The notes under the pieces: generated by a model | Told to the model about the DNA's origin: nothing | What the model saw: the letters and a program-made list of their open reading frames with translations, nothing else | Database searches by the model: none | Position numbers and translations under genes: made by a program | Source of the DNA: the human T2T-CHM13v2.0 reference genome, Homo sapiens | Direction: 5' to 3' (one strand) | Assembly (NCBI RefSeq): GCF_009914755.1 | Contig: NC_060934.1 | Length of the DNA: 64,000 bases | Shown: positions 29,472 to 44,715 of the stretch, one piece after another | Numbering within the stretch: position 1 is the stretch's first letter | How the letters are laid out: each line of letters starts with the position of its first letter

Positions 29472-31761
29472 TGTATTAGTCTGTTTTCACGCTGCTGATA
29501 AAGAAATACCCAAGACTGGGAAGAAAAAGAGGTTTAATTGAACTTACTGATCCACATGGCTGAGGAGGCCTCAGAATCATGGTGGGAGGCAAAAGACACT
29601 TGTTACATGGTGGCAGCAAGAGAAAAAAGAGAAGGAAGCAAAAGCTGAAACCCCTGCTAAACTCATCAGATCTCATGAGACTTATTGACTATCAAGAGAA
29701 TAGCACTGGAAACAACAGCCCCCATGATTCAATTACCTCACTGTGGGTACCTCCCACAACATGTGGGAATTCTGGGAGATAAAATTCAAGTTGAGAATTG
29801 GGTGGGGACATGCCAAACCACATCATTCCACCCCTGGCCCCTCCAAATCTCATGTCCTCACATTTCAAAACCAATTCATGCCTTCCCAACAGTCCCCAAA
29901 AGTCTTAATTCATTTCAGCATTAACCCAAAAGTCCACAGTCCAAAGTTTCATCTGAGATGAGGCAAGTCCTGTCTGCCTATGAGCCTGTAAAATCAAAAG
30001 TAAGTTAGTTACTTCCTAAATACAATGGGGGTACAGGTATTGGGTAAATATAGTCATTCCAAATGGGAAAATTTGGTCAAAACAAAGGGATTACGGGGCC
30101 CATGCAAGTCTGAAATCCAGTGGGGCAGTCAAATTTTACAGCTGCAAAATTATCTATTTTGACTCCAGGTCTCACATCCAGGTCATGCTGATTCAAAAGG
30201 TGGGTTCTAATGGTCTTGGGCAGCTCTGCCCCTGTGGCTTTGCAGGGTATAGCCCCCGTTCTGGCTGCTTTCATGGGCTGCATTGAGTGTCTACAGCTTT
30301 TCCAGGTGCTTGGTACAAGCTGTTGGTGGATTACCATTCTGGGGTCTGGAGGATGGTGGCCCTTTTCTTACAGCTCCACCAGGCAATGCCATAGAAGGGA
30401 CTCTGTGTGGGGGCTCCAACCCCACATTTCCCTCCCACACTGCCCTAGCACAGGTTTTCCATGAAGTCTCCACCCCTGCAGCAAACTTTTGCCTGGTCAT
30501 CCAGGTATTTCCATACATCTTCTGAAATCTAGGCAGAGGTTCCCAAACCTCAATTCTTGACTTCTGTACCCCCACAGGCTCAACACACATGGAAGCTGCC
30601 AAGGCTTGGGGCTTCCACCCTCTGAAGCCACAGCCCGAACTCTATGTTGGCCCCTTTCGGCCATGCCTGGAGCAACTGGGACACTGGGCACCAAGTCCCT
30701 AGGCTGCACACAGCACAGGGACCCTGGGCCCAGCCCATGGAACCACTTTTTCCTCCTGGGCCTCTGGGCTTGTGATAGGAGGGGTTGCCGTGAAGGTCTC
30801 TGACATGGTCTGGAGATATTTTCCTCATAGTCTTGGGGATTAACATCTCTTTGCTACTTAGTTAAGCAAACTTCTGCAGCTGGCTTGAATTTCTCCTCAA
30901 AAAATGCATTTTTTTTTCTACTGGATCATCAGGCTGCAAATTTTCTGAACATCTATGCTCTGTTTCCCTTTTTAAATGGAATGCTTTTAACAGCACCCAA
31001 GTCACATTTTGAATGCCTTTCTGCTTAGAAATTTCTTCCACCAGATACCCTAAATCATCTTTCTTAAGTTCAAAGTTCCACAAATCTCCAGGGCAGGGGC
31101 AAAATGCCACCAGTCTGTTTGCTAAAATATAACAAGAGTCACCTTTTCTCCCATTCCCAACAAGTTCCTTATCTCCATCTGAGACCACCTCAACCTGGAC
31201 CTTACTGTTCGTATCACTATCAGCATTTTTTGTCAAAGCCATTCAACAAGTCTCTAGGAGGTTCCAAACTTTTCCACATTTTCCTGTCTTCTTCTGAGGC
31301 CTCCAAACTGTTCTAGCCTCTTCCTGTTACCCAGTTCCAAAATATCACTTCCACATTTTCGGGTATCTTTTCAGCAATGCCCCACTCTACTGGTACCAAT
31401 TTACTGTATTAGTACGTTTTCATGCTGCCGATAAAGACATACTCAAGGCTGGGTAGAAAAAGAGGTTTAACGGACTTACAATTCAACATGGCTGGGCAGG
31501 CCTCACAATCATAGTGGTAGGCAAGAAGGAGCAAGTCATATCTTACATGGATGGTGGCAGGCAAAGAGAGCTTGTGCAGGGAAACTCCCACTTGTAAAAC
31601 CATCGGATATTGTGAGACTCATTCACTATTATGATAACTGTGCAGGAAAGACCCACCCCCATAATTCAATTACCGCCTACCAGGTTCCTCCCATGATGTG
31701 GGAATTGTGGGAGTTACAATTGAAGTTGAGATTTGTGTGGGGACACAGCCAAACAATATCA
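29472..31761 (-). mobile_element. Two-LTR THE1 element (THE1C-type LTR 29472-29825, internal 29826-31404, THE1B-type LTR 31405-31761)
   Basis: Both LTRs read tgtattagt..tca on the + strand; the internal region ends cccactctactggtaccaatttac. Confidence 0.93.
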
Positions 31762-32399
31762 TGTGACCAACTTGAAATGTGTCACAGGATATCTGTGAAA
31801 CTAAAATAACAAGAAAAATAGACATGCCAACATTTTGAAAAGAATTAGTCTCAACAGTGACTTTTATATGATTATTTAAATGAGTTTTATTACTCACTCT
31901 TGTTTTCATTCATTAAAAAAAAAAGTCCCTCACAATTTTTCACTATGAACTGTTATCTTCCTCTGATGGCTACTAACCAGAGCCATAAAGAGGCTGTTCA
32001 CTCATGGATCTTTAACTCAAACACTGCTGTCGCAGCTTCTACATTGTACCAACAGGCCTCTTTTGGGACTGGGAGTCCTTCAACCTTTCTAATCATCAGT
32101 TTCCCTGTTGGCCAGTTTTTCCACTTTCCCCAGTATTTGGATTTGTGTTACTCAACACAACTTTTACAAATTTATCCTATTGATATAATATACACAATTT
32201 AATACGTTTTGCTCTCTATGAAGTTCCATTTCGTATATATACAACAATAAAACCATTCTGATATCTCCATGAAAACTCTAGACCTTGTCATTTTTTAACC
32301 TAGTATTTCCTTTTTGAAATATACAATTTATAGTATTTATTTCCACTATGAATATAAGCTGTTTTCTACTATTTTTTTTAATTGGATGTTGCACATTAA

Positions 32400-34540
<2,141 letters not shown>

Positions 34541-35555
34541 CTAACATTTAGATCATTTCTGGAAGACATGCAGGATGGTAGAGCAATTAGCATATGATCA
34601 GACGATTTAACCTTTTCACATTAATGCTGTGGACATTGTTCAGGTAAGACTCACAGCTGCTTCCGATATTCCTTTGTTTTACTGGTATAGCATCAACAAT
34701 TATATTTAAAACTAGTTTAGAGCCAAGTCTTTCTTCTGTGAACAAAAAAGAAAATTCAAATTTGTTAAATAGAAAATATTTGCTCTCTTGTTTGCTGATA
34801 TAGTTAAGTGAAAAGAGGAGTAAAAATACTGAGAACTTCTTGGAGATTATCAGGTATTGTGACCTGCTTGAGAGTTGTTTGATGCACTAAATTTAGCAAT
34901 GGAAGTATTTTATAGTTACTAATGACTGGATGAAGATGATAAGCAGTTTGTGTTACATGTAGCACTCAGCAACGTGGTATTTATTTCTGAAGAAAATATA
35001 TTATGTGCCCTCTGAAATGAACAGGCAGATGGTAGCAGGCTATGCAAGAGTTGGATAATTTATTACATAAAAACAAGTAAAATATGGTTTGTGAAGTAAG
35101 GGTAAAAATTTGTTTGATTAGCAGTTTGCAATTTTTTTTTTTCCACTAGGCTTGGCTGCTTATTAGTTCTTGGATTTTTCACTGTCCTCATTCAGAAGGT
35201 TAGCTTCCGGTGGTGATTAAGAACATCTGAATGGTTCTGAATCTGAATACCTATTCTGACTTTTACTGCTAAGTCTCAGTAACTACCTCTTTTAAATATT
35301 ATAGTAAAACGATAGTCACTGTCCTGTAGGATTGCTTTGAGAATTAAATGAGATGTGTTGAAAGTATCAGGCTCTCAATAAATATTTAGTGTTACTGTTT
35401 TTAATAGAAATGACAATCTTTGTCTTAGTATTTAATAATATTTTGCATAAGTCCAAAGAGAAAACAGATTTAAATTTGGCTTATAATATTGGGGAAATAT
35501 AACAATTTAAAATATTTTTTAAATCATCATTCTTATTAAATATCTATTTAAGTGA

Positions 35556-35903
<348 letters not shown>

Positions 35904-36889
35904 TAAAATACGCTTCAATATAAGATGATTTTTACAAAAAATAGCTCAGTTTTACAAATAAAAGTCTCTGTCTCTGTTGGCGTACTTTGGTGAACTTAGC
36001 TCCTCTAATTAAATGATTATTTTCTCCCTCACTGTTTGTTTCTCCCTCACTATTTCTGTAGTGTTCAGCAGTAGCAACTTTAACTAGGACACTTAAATAG
36101 AATATTTAACTATCCTTTTGATACCCCTTGAGTTTAAATAGCTAATATACCTCATATGGAGACCCAAATTTTTATGATGGGAAATAATTAGTTGCACTTT
36201 CACTGATAGTTTTATATTAAATATTGATAAGGACAGTAGAAAAAATGAAGGAATTAAAATGAAAGAAGTAAAAAGCCTATCCGTCTTTTTATGGATAGGA
36301 TGATATATATAGTAACTTGGCTACATGAGAGAGTGGTTGTATAAAAGGAATTTAGCCTTTATTCTAAAAACCATTTCTAAGCCACTGAAAAATTTTGACA
36401 TGAGTGACATACTCTCAGGACTTTGCTGTTATAACCAGTGACCCCCTACATGGTTATCGTGGATGGAGAAAGTCACAAAAATGGCACTTGATTTTCCAGA
36501 CATTTATGTTAGAACCAACATACTCTATGTTGAAAAAATTATCTTGCTCTTTCTGTCACTAAAAGTGAATGAATTGACTTCATTTCTAGTTTTCCTCACC
36601 CTCAGAATATCTTAATAAAGAATTTAAGTATTAAGAAATAAGACTATTTGCAAAGAATTAGTAGAGTTATAAAAAAATCTATAATTTTATTTCATTAATA
36701 AAAATGAGATTTATTGAGAACATCTATTGCATTTGTATGTTCTTTGATAAGACTAAATAAAACAAAAATATCAAAATATTACAGTGTTCAGCATTATAAA
36801 CTTTTTTATTATGCAATGTATGACTATGTAGGGCAGCTGTTTAGCCATATTTTGAGATCTACCCAGTCTCCCACCATCACATAAAATGA

Positions 36890-37295
<406 letters not shown>

Positions 37296-38405
37296 AAGAT
37301 TTACAATTTTCATGTACATCAAATAACATAAGGTCCTACCTTCATACTATAATAAAGCAGTGAGATTCCAGTGCCATTTTCAATCTGTACTCAATTTTTT
37401 CTTATAGAATGCTCCAAGAGTCCTTTTCAGTAGGTTAAGCACAAAGCAGAATCTAATTCTTTTTAAAAGTCAGGAAGATAAACATCAGCCTATTATCTTA
37501 CAGACAGATAATGCATTCAGAATTAAGAAGCATGACTTAATAATTTAATTGCATGCATTTTGGTGTGGTTTGTCATTGACTGAGTTATGTTTAAGGTGCA
37601 CAATAGAGAAGTCAGTTGTTAAAAAACAGAGAATGTGGACTTTGGAGATGGTATTGTGTAGTCAAGAGAGCCAACAATGAGTGAGATAATTTTCTGTATT
37701 ACCTTTGTATCCTTGTACAAGTTTTAATTTCTCTAAGCCTAGCTTTCTCATCTGTAAATCTGGCATAATATTTATTATGATTAAGTGAAACAATGCTGAT
37801 AAACTCTTTTTGTAGAAGCTGACCATAGAAAGTACTTAAAACAAAACATGTTTTAATATTATTTCCAAATGTCAAATAGCCAAATAAATTCTCCCAGATA
37901 TTGTGTGACCAAATGAAACATAATGTTAATTGATACATAGATTATGACTATAAAACTTTTGTCAGAATAAGATGAGCTCTTACCCAGGTTAGGTTTACAA
38001 GAGAAATTATAATATTAAAACATTTGTAATATTGCAGATATACAGAAGAGTTAATACTATAATGACCATAAATAAATAATATAGTAAACATCAAAAGCTT
38101 TATTAAATTTTAAATTTGCCATATTGTCTTTAGCTACATTTTAAGTTAAAAGCTGGAAAAAAAGTTGAAGTTCCTAGTGTACCCTTCTTCAGTCCCTTGA
38201 GTAAGATGACATTAATGCTACCCTCAGTTTGACTAAAGATGGGATTTTTCTTAACTCTGGGCCCCTGATCTTCCTTTTCTTCTAGCATTTATTTGAGAAA
38301 ACGTGTTATTGTAAATTTTTTTCTCTGCTCCTTTGAGATATACATAAAACATTAAAAAAAAAAGGCCTCTTGCCAGTTACATAACCTGAAATGTTCTTCT
38401 CAAGG

Positions 38406-38970
38406 TGTCGGGTTCACAACTGTGCCAATTGTCACATTTGGGGTCAAGTATTAGCCCATGCTGAGGTCTGAAGGGAGTGGGTGGAGGAGCAAAAAGAACA
38501 CTCGGGGGGCCATAGGCAGGTGAAAGATGATTTTATTCATCAGCAGCTCCAATCAACGGCTTTCTCACACTGTCCGCCCTGTCTCGGCTGCTTATTCTGG
38601 CGGCTCCCACATACAGCTGCATGGCTGGCTCTTCCCTGCCTTCAGAGTCAGCAGTTTAACTCTTCCTGTCTGTGGGCACTAGCAGGCCGAGCTGTGTCCT
38701 GGCTCCCCCATGTCCGCCTGCAAAGATGGACAGCTCTGACTCTCTCTCTTTCTCTGGGCACCAGCATGCCTGAACAGTGTCAACAGGGCAATTGTACCTT
38801 TTACAGACAATAGTGGCATAGAGCCAAGGGATGGCCTTCCCAAGTTATGGCCTCATGGCTGTGATAACAAGTGGAGTTATACACCCGCGCTCTAAACTCA
38901 TTGAGTCACGCAGGATGTAAACATCCTACCTTGGCCTATCCTTGACCAAAGCACAGCCATGTTCCTTACA
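38406..38970 (-). mobile_element. LTR18-like solo LTR (HERVL18 group)
   Basis: Reverse complement begins TGTAAGGAACATGGCTGTGCTTTGGTCAAGGATAGGCC; TG..CA termini. Confidence 0.75.
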
Positions 38971-39015
38971 CAGGTTCTCAGAGAAAGACATAGCACCCGT
39001 ATCTCCCAGTGTCAG

Positions 39016-39756
39016 TGTTGGAAGTTATCCAAGTCACGCAGCACCAACGTATGTTACCGGCGGCAAATCGGTATAGGTCTACAGCAACCTCAATTCTTGC
39101 CTTCTCAGAAGAAAGAATTCGACTGAGGGGCATAAGGCAGAAGGTGAGCCTAAGGCAAGTTTTAGAGCAGGAGTGAAAGTTTATTAAAAAGGTTTAAGAC
39201 AGGAACAACAAAAAAAAGGGAAAATATACTTGAAAGAGGGCCAAGTAGGCAACTTGACAGACAAGTGTGCGGACTGACCTTTTGACTTAAGGTTTTATAT
39301 GTTGGCATACTTCCGGGGTCTTGCATTCTTTCTCCCCTCATTTTTCCCTTGGGGTGGGCTGTCTGCATGTGCAGAGGCCTGTTAGCACTTGGGAGGTGAG
39401 CATGCAGAGTATCTTTACTGGAGTTATATGCATGCTCACCTGAGGCATTCTTCACTAACCAGCAGAGTATCCCTAGGAGTTCATACACTAGTTAAACTGC
39501 CATTTTGCCTCTTAGTGTGCATATGTGAGCCCACTCACCCAACTCTTGATATACTATTGGGAAGCGGCTAGTGACCAGCTTCAGGTCTTCCTGTTTATTG
39601 GGAGACTGCCTTTCCCTGGTGCTGATTATTTTAGAGAAACAGTTAACAACTGCCTGACCATCACCTGATGGTCGCCTCACATTCCTGGTGTGTGGGGGTT
39701 GGTGGAAGGAGTCCTCTCCTGCTCTGCTCATGTTTGACCAGCTACCTATTGTAATG
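39016..39756 (-). mobile_element. MER50 solo LTR
   Basis: Reverse complement contains catgagcagagcaggagagg..ccaggaatgtgaggcgaccatcaggtgatggtcaggcagttgttaactg; 4-bp TSD tcag/ccag. Confidence 0.85.
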
Positions 39757-40952
39757 CCAGATTTTATGAAAGGGTAGAAACCCAACTTTCATGGATATTT
39801 TTCTCCAAGTTGCAAAATTACTACCTGCCATAAAGATAAATTAGCAAATCCAGGTGGCTTAATGTCCTCCAGTACATTTCTGCTAGCTCACCCCAGCCCT
39901 TAAATTCCTAACAATACCTGCTTCGGTAGAGTTCAGTTCAGACTTACGTGCTTTATTGAATTTAAGTGCAGGCTTAGTTTTAGCCTTTCTCTTCTGTTTC
40001 AGAAGTCTTAAAGTTTTCCTTGCTTGTTTATATTTTTCATGTGCCAATTTTGCTTTGACATCCATTATCTTCCATTGTTAATTCCATTGAAAAAACCCTG
40101 TATTATATGCAGAAAATCCAGAAGTAAAAGGCCATACCATAAACAGTTAGAAACAGAACAAGCAAACACACAAAAAATGCACTAAGGGAATTATTAGTTT
40201 CTCAAAACCATCTATCTTTTGAAGCAGATTTGCAAATTTTCAGTTATCATTTCTAACACATTTAGAATATTATAAGATTTTTTCAACATACACACAATAT
40301 TTTACATGCCTAGCATCTACTATAATTAAGAACATATTCAAAGGTTTACCACCATATATGTTTTAGTCACCAGGATTTTTTGATCTATTCTTAAATAGTT
40401 CTATGGTAGAACACAGAAAGACCTAAACTCCAAATAATAGGCCTTGATATTTGTTTTTGAAAATTTTGGAAGCAAACAAAACCAAACTATGTTTTGACAA
40501 GTTGTCCTACTGAACCTTACTTACCACCCAGTGCACCTTCCTCTACAAATTAGCTTTTTCAAAAAGACTGCATGATGGATAATTCATTCATTCAGATTCT
40601 TCAAATGGCTCCCTAGGACCCCTTCATTTACAATGAGAACAGCTCAGGGAGCTAATTACCAAACTAAAAGAGAAACAGCAGGAAACAGTAATCATTAATC
40701 ACATCTTTACCACAACTGATAAAGGAAGAATACATTCAGGAAAGACAGTTTTTGCTCTGGCTCATTTGATCTGAAGATAGGTAAAATTCTTGACACAAAC
40801 TGTTGGTGAACAAATGTCCTCTCAAAGACTAGCTAATTTCCATTAAAATTTTATGGAAAGAAAATAAAAGAAACTGAAAAGAGGTGATTAGAGAAAGTGA
40901 AAAATTAAGCAGAAAAAGTCAGTACTTCTTTTTCAGTCTTTGTCTTGGCTAT

Positions 40953-41528
40953 TGTGATGGTTAATACTGAGTGTCAACTTGATTGGATTGAAGGATGCAA
41001 AGTATTGATCCTGGTGAGGGTGTTGCCAAAGGAGATTAACATTTGAGTCAGTGGGCTGGGAAAGGCAGACCCACTCTTAATCTGGTGGGCACAATCTAAT
41101 CAGCTGCCAGTGAATATAAAGCAGGCAGAAAAATGTGATAAGGCAAGACTGGCTTAGCCTCCCAGCCTACATCTTTCTCCCATGCTGGATGCTTCCTGCC
41201 CTCAAACATCAGACTCCAAGTTCTTCAGTTTTGAGACTCAGACTGGCTCTCCTTACTCCTCAAGCTTGCAGACAGCCTATTGTGGGATCTTGTGATCATG
41301 TAAGTTAATACTTAATAAACTCCTATGTATATATTTGGAGCAAAATATCCATGAAAGTTGGGTTCCCACCCTTTCATAAAATCTGATGTTACAGTACATA
41401 GCCGATCAAACATGAGCAGAGTAGGAGAGGACTACTTCCACCAACCGCCACACACCAGGAATGTGAGGCAATCACTATATATAGATATATATACCATTCT
41501 GTACCTCTAAGGAACCCTGACTAATACA
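40953..41528 (+). mobile_element. MLT2A solo LTR (HERV-L) carrying a 140-bp foreign insert
   Basis: tgtgatggttaatactgagtgtcaacttgattggattgaaggatgc..gaaccctgactaataca; perfect TSD gctat (40948-40952 / 41529-41533). Confidence 0.93.
41335..41474 (-). repeat. Inverted duplicate of 39669-39808
   Basis: Ungapped manual alignment to the reverse complement of 39669-39808: about 124/140 identical. Confidence 0.93.
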
Positions 41529-43341
41529 GCTATCTTTTGAATAAATAACAGAATAGTAGCATGAATAGAAAGATTACATACTTTGCCTAACAGTTATTAT
41601 GGCATAACAACTAGATTTATTTCCATTACATTTATTACTGGCCATTTACTAGACACCACTACTTTTTTTTAATCCTGCAGTTGTATGATTAATCATAAAG
41701 AAACAGTAAGATTTATTTTCTTAACTTTAACTGTAAAATCCAAACTATAACTCATTAATGACTGATGTAAAAGAAAGAAAAACTCACAATTTTTAATAAT
41801 GGATGGAGGTCTCTATCAGGCAGCTAAACAAGAAATAACAAGCAAATTAAAAAATTCTGTTAAAGTATTTCTTTGTTATAAATTCATAGTTTGAATATAA
41901 TTAATTGTGTAATGTAATTGTATAATATATGCATTAACAATATGTACTGTACACATATTGATATATATGTACAATATGAATTATAATTGTATACTATAAT
42001 ACAATTAATATGATGTTCTTCAAAATTTCCTAAATGTGAGTGTATGTATGGAAACACCATTTTTAGTGTGGATTCAGTTCACAAACTATCCCTTCTTCTC
42101 TGAAAATTGCACCCTGATCTTAAAGAATTGGTCACACATGCAAAGTGTGATTCCAGCCCCCGGTGTGGGCGTTGATAGTTAGACAGGGACAAGCACACAA
42201 ACCAAGCTGGGATTATCAGCTGTTCTTTCCCAGGAGTATGAAATATGGACTAAAAGACAACCAGTGAGTCTCTGTACATGAGTGAAACTTTGTACAATCC
42301 CTTGCACAGTGGAGTGGCCAATTTCTATAGTGTGGTATGAAAACAGATAAAACTTATCTTCTAAAATAAAAAATAATGCAGAAGTACAATGTGAGGCTGA
42401 AACAGAAAATATGCAACAGTTTAGGTCCCCTATTCCCATACCCCCTCTAAATCCTTCTAGTTCTCAGTTCCAGTTCCTAAAGTTTATCTGCAGTTGAGAT
42501 AGGTGCAACTTCTCTATGTTGTTTATAAAATTATCTTTGCAATATCTTAGATTGGATTCTTCTAAATACAAGATGACTATAAAAGCCTATTTACAAACAG
42601 TCCTGCCCCAATATCCTAGCCAGTTCAACATCCATCCTATAGGATTTTATTCAGAAATATGTTATTATTAAAATAGTTTAAACAGATAATATTAATCGTT
42701 TTTAATTTTAATCATTATTAATAGCAGCATTATTTAAATAAGTCGATAGGTTTGGCTGATCTTCACTTTAAATTTCTAAACTATGTAAATACAGTTCCAA
42801 GGTGACAACACTTCTCTGTCAATACAGCGTCATCACTGAAGTATGCTCAAATATGAGTAACTAGTAATAATTCTTTGATACTGCTGCCTCTGCCAGCCAT
42901 CTGCTGTACTAACCAATTGTACCATGGCCTTTGCTGGGAGCTGTAAGACGCAGGAAGCTGTTAGGTTGCTAACTGTCAGGGTTAATGGGAAATGTTAAAA
43001 TTTATTTTATGTTCATATTATGAAACCAAGCAAATTCAACTTCTACTTTATTTACCTTATATGGGGGCAGTGTTTTAAATATTTGTGATAAATTATTTTT
43101 GCTGCAATTAGTTAAAAAAATAAAACTTCATGTTTAATGCAAAGTAAATAATGAATTTCTCTTTTTCACTATTTAGAATTTTTCATTTAGAGTTAATGCC
43201 TGTGGTTCCAAATTAGTTTTACTCATTTTCAGTTTGAGGTTTGCTTATGCACTTATAAACAATGAAGACATAGTTATTAAAGTTTTTACCATTGGTAGAA
43301 ATTTTGCAGATAATTAAGTTGTATGATTGTCTTTTTAGTGT

Positions 43342-43684
43342 TGTATTAGTCTGAATAACCCCAGAAAGCTAATGGGATACTTCCAGTCCAACTCTGAGCT
43401 TGAAGGCAAGAGGAGACCCACATCCCAGCTTGAAGACAGTCAGGCAGAGAGAAAGAATTCTTTCTTGCTTAGCTTTTGATTCTACTCAGGCCTTCAAAAG
43501 ATCATTCAAAAAATTGAATGGGGCTTATCCACATTGGAGAGGGCAGTCTTCTTTGCTCAGTTTACTGATTTAAATGTCGATCTTACCCTGAAACATATTC
43601 ACAGGCCCACACAAAAATAACGTTTAACCAAATACCTGGGCATCTCATGGCCCAGTCAAGTTAATGCAAAAATTAATTATCACA
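43342..43684 (-). mobile_element. Internally deleted MLT2 (B/D-like) LTR
   Basis: tgtattagtc..cccacattggagagggcagtctt..ggcccagtcaagtt..aattatcaca; perfect TSD agtgt (43337-43341 / 43685-43689). Confidence 0.85.
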
Positions 43685-44126
43685 AGTGTCCTTAGAAGCT
43701 TCAAATAGAAATTGTTAATTCCAGTATGATTACATATGTTTAAACAAATTCCTAAAAGTGAAAATATAGCCTTTAAAAATGCCTTCTGTTAAAGATTGAA
43801 ACATCTGACATTTTTACAAATTAGCACATAAAATATAAAAAGTATTTGATTTGTGTTGATAACATAAACATATTTTTGATAAAGTATATTCTTGTGCCAA
43901 AAACAATGCTGTAACTGAATTTATAAACCTGTGCATAAGAAATTATAAGAAATGATTTGGACTTGGTCATGATTCATATATAATTTATAATTACATATGA
44001 AATGAGATAGAAACCATATTTAATCAAATTTACAAAAAGTTGAATATATAAAGTTAGAGTAAGTGAGCTACAAAAATTTTTGTGATGAAATTAATGGCAA
44101 ATGTAAAGAATTGATCAGAATCACAA

Positions 44127-44715
44127 TGTAATCTGAGAGAACAAAACAGACACCCCTTTATCAACTAAGATGAACTTAAGGAGACAACGTTACCTACAGG
44201 TCAAAGGTTCAGGATCCAGCTGGCATAGTGAATTTCTGGATTCGTATGGCTGTAAATTTGTAACAATGGAAGTTATCAAATGCCTCCTAACACTGATTTA
44301 CAACCCAGACCACTACAACTTTGGACAGAGGACCAGCCTTACAATCATTATTTTCTGATAAGCTACTGCAGACTTTAAGTCAATATTAGCCAGCTGATAG
44401 AAGCTGTGCACAAATTGTCTCATGTTCTATAGCTCACCTTTTGACATAAAAAGTCAAATTCCATTTCATTTAATGCTAAGTCCCACCCCAAAGTGAACAT
44501 GGGTTGCATATTACATATGTTTACCCATTGCACATGTGCTTTGCTACCCTCATATTTATAGCTTTTCTCCAAAACCTGCTGAATACATATGACTCTGTTG
44601 TGTAATAAGAACTCTGTGAGGCATAAAACCCGATCTGTCCTTCCCTTCTTAGAAAAGAGAGCATCTGGTCCATGCTAGAGACTTTCTCTTCCTGGCTTTC
44701 AAACCAATATATTAT
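44127..44715 (+). mobile_element. ERV1-class LTR (subfamily uncertain)
   Basis: cagacacccctttatcaactaagatg..ttaatgctaagtcccaccccaaagtgaacatggg..ctgaatacatatgactct..gcataaaaccc motif order typical of MER4-group LTRs. Confidence 0.6.

Larger units (their letters stand above)
38207..40060 (+). mobile_element. MER31/MER67-like ERV1 LTR split into three parts by nested LTR18 and MER50
   Basis: Segments 38207-38405, 38971-39015 and 39757-40060 are collinear with the related LTR at 61589-62135 (cccctga.., ccctttga, aactt(t/c)catggat, tttgctttga). Confidence 0.65.

Noticed and set aside
29826-31404. Many overlapping ORFs in the THE1 internal regions (also 45802-47425 and 53111-54587)
   Set aside because: Degenerate MaLR internal reading frames, interrupted differently in each copy.
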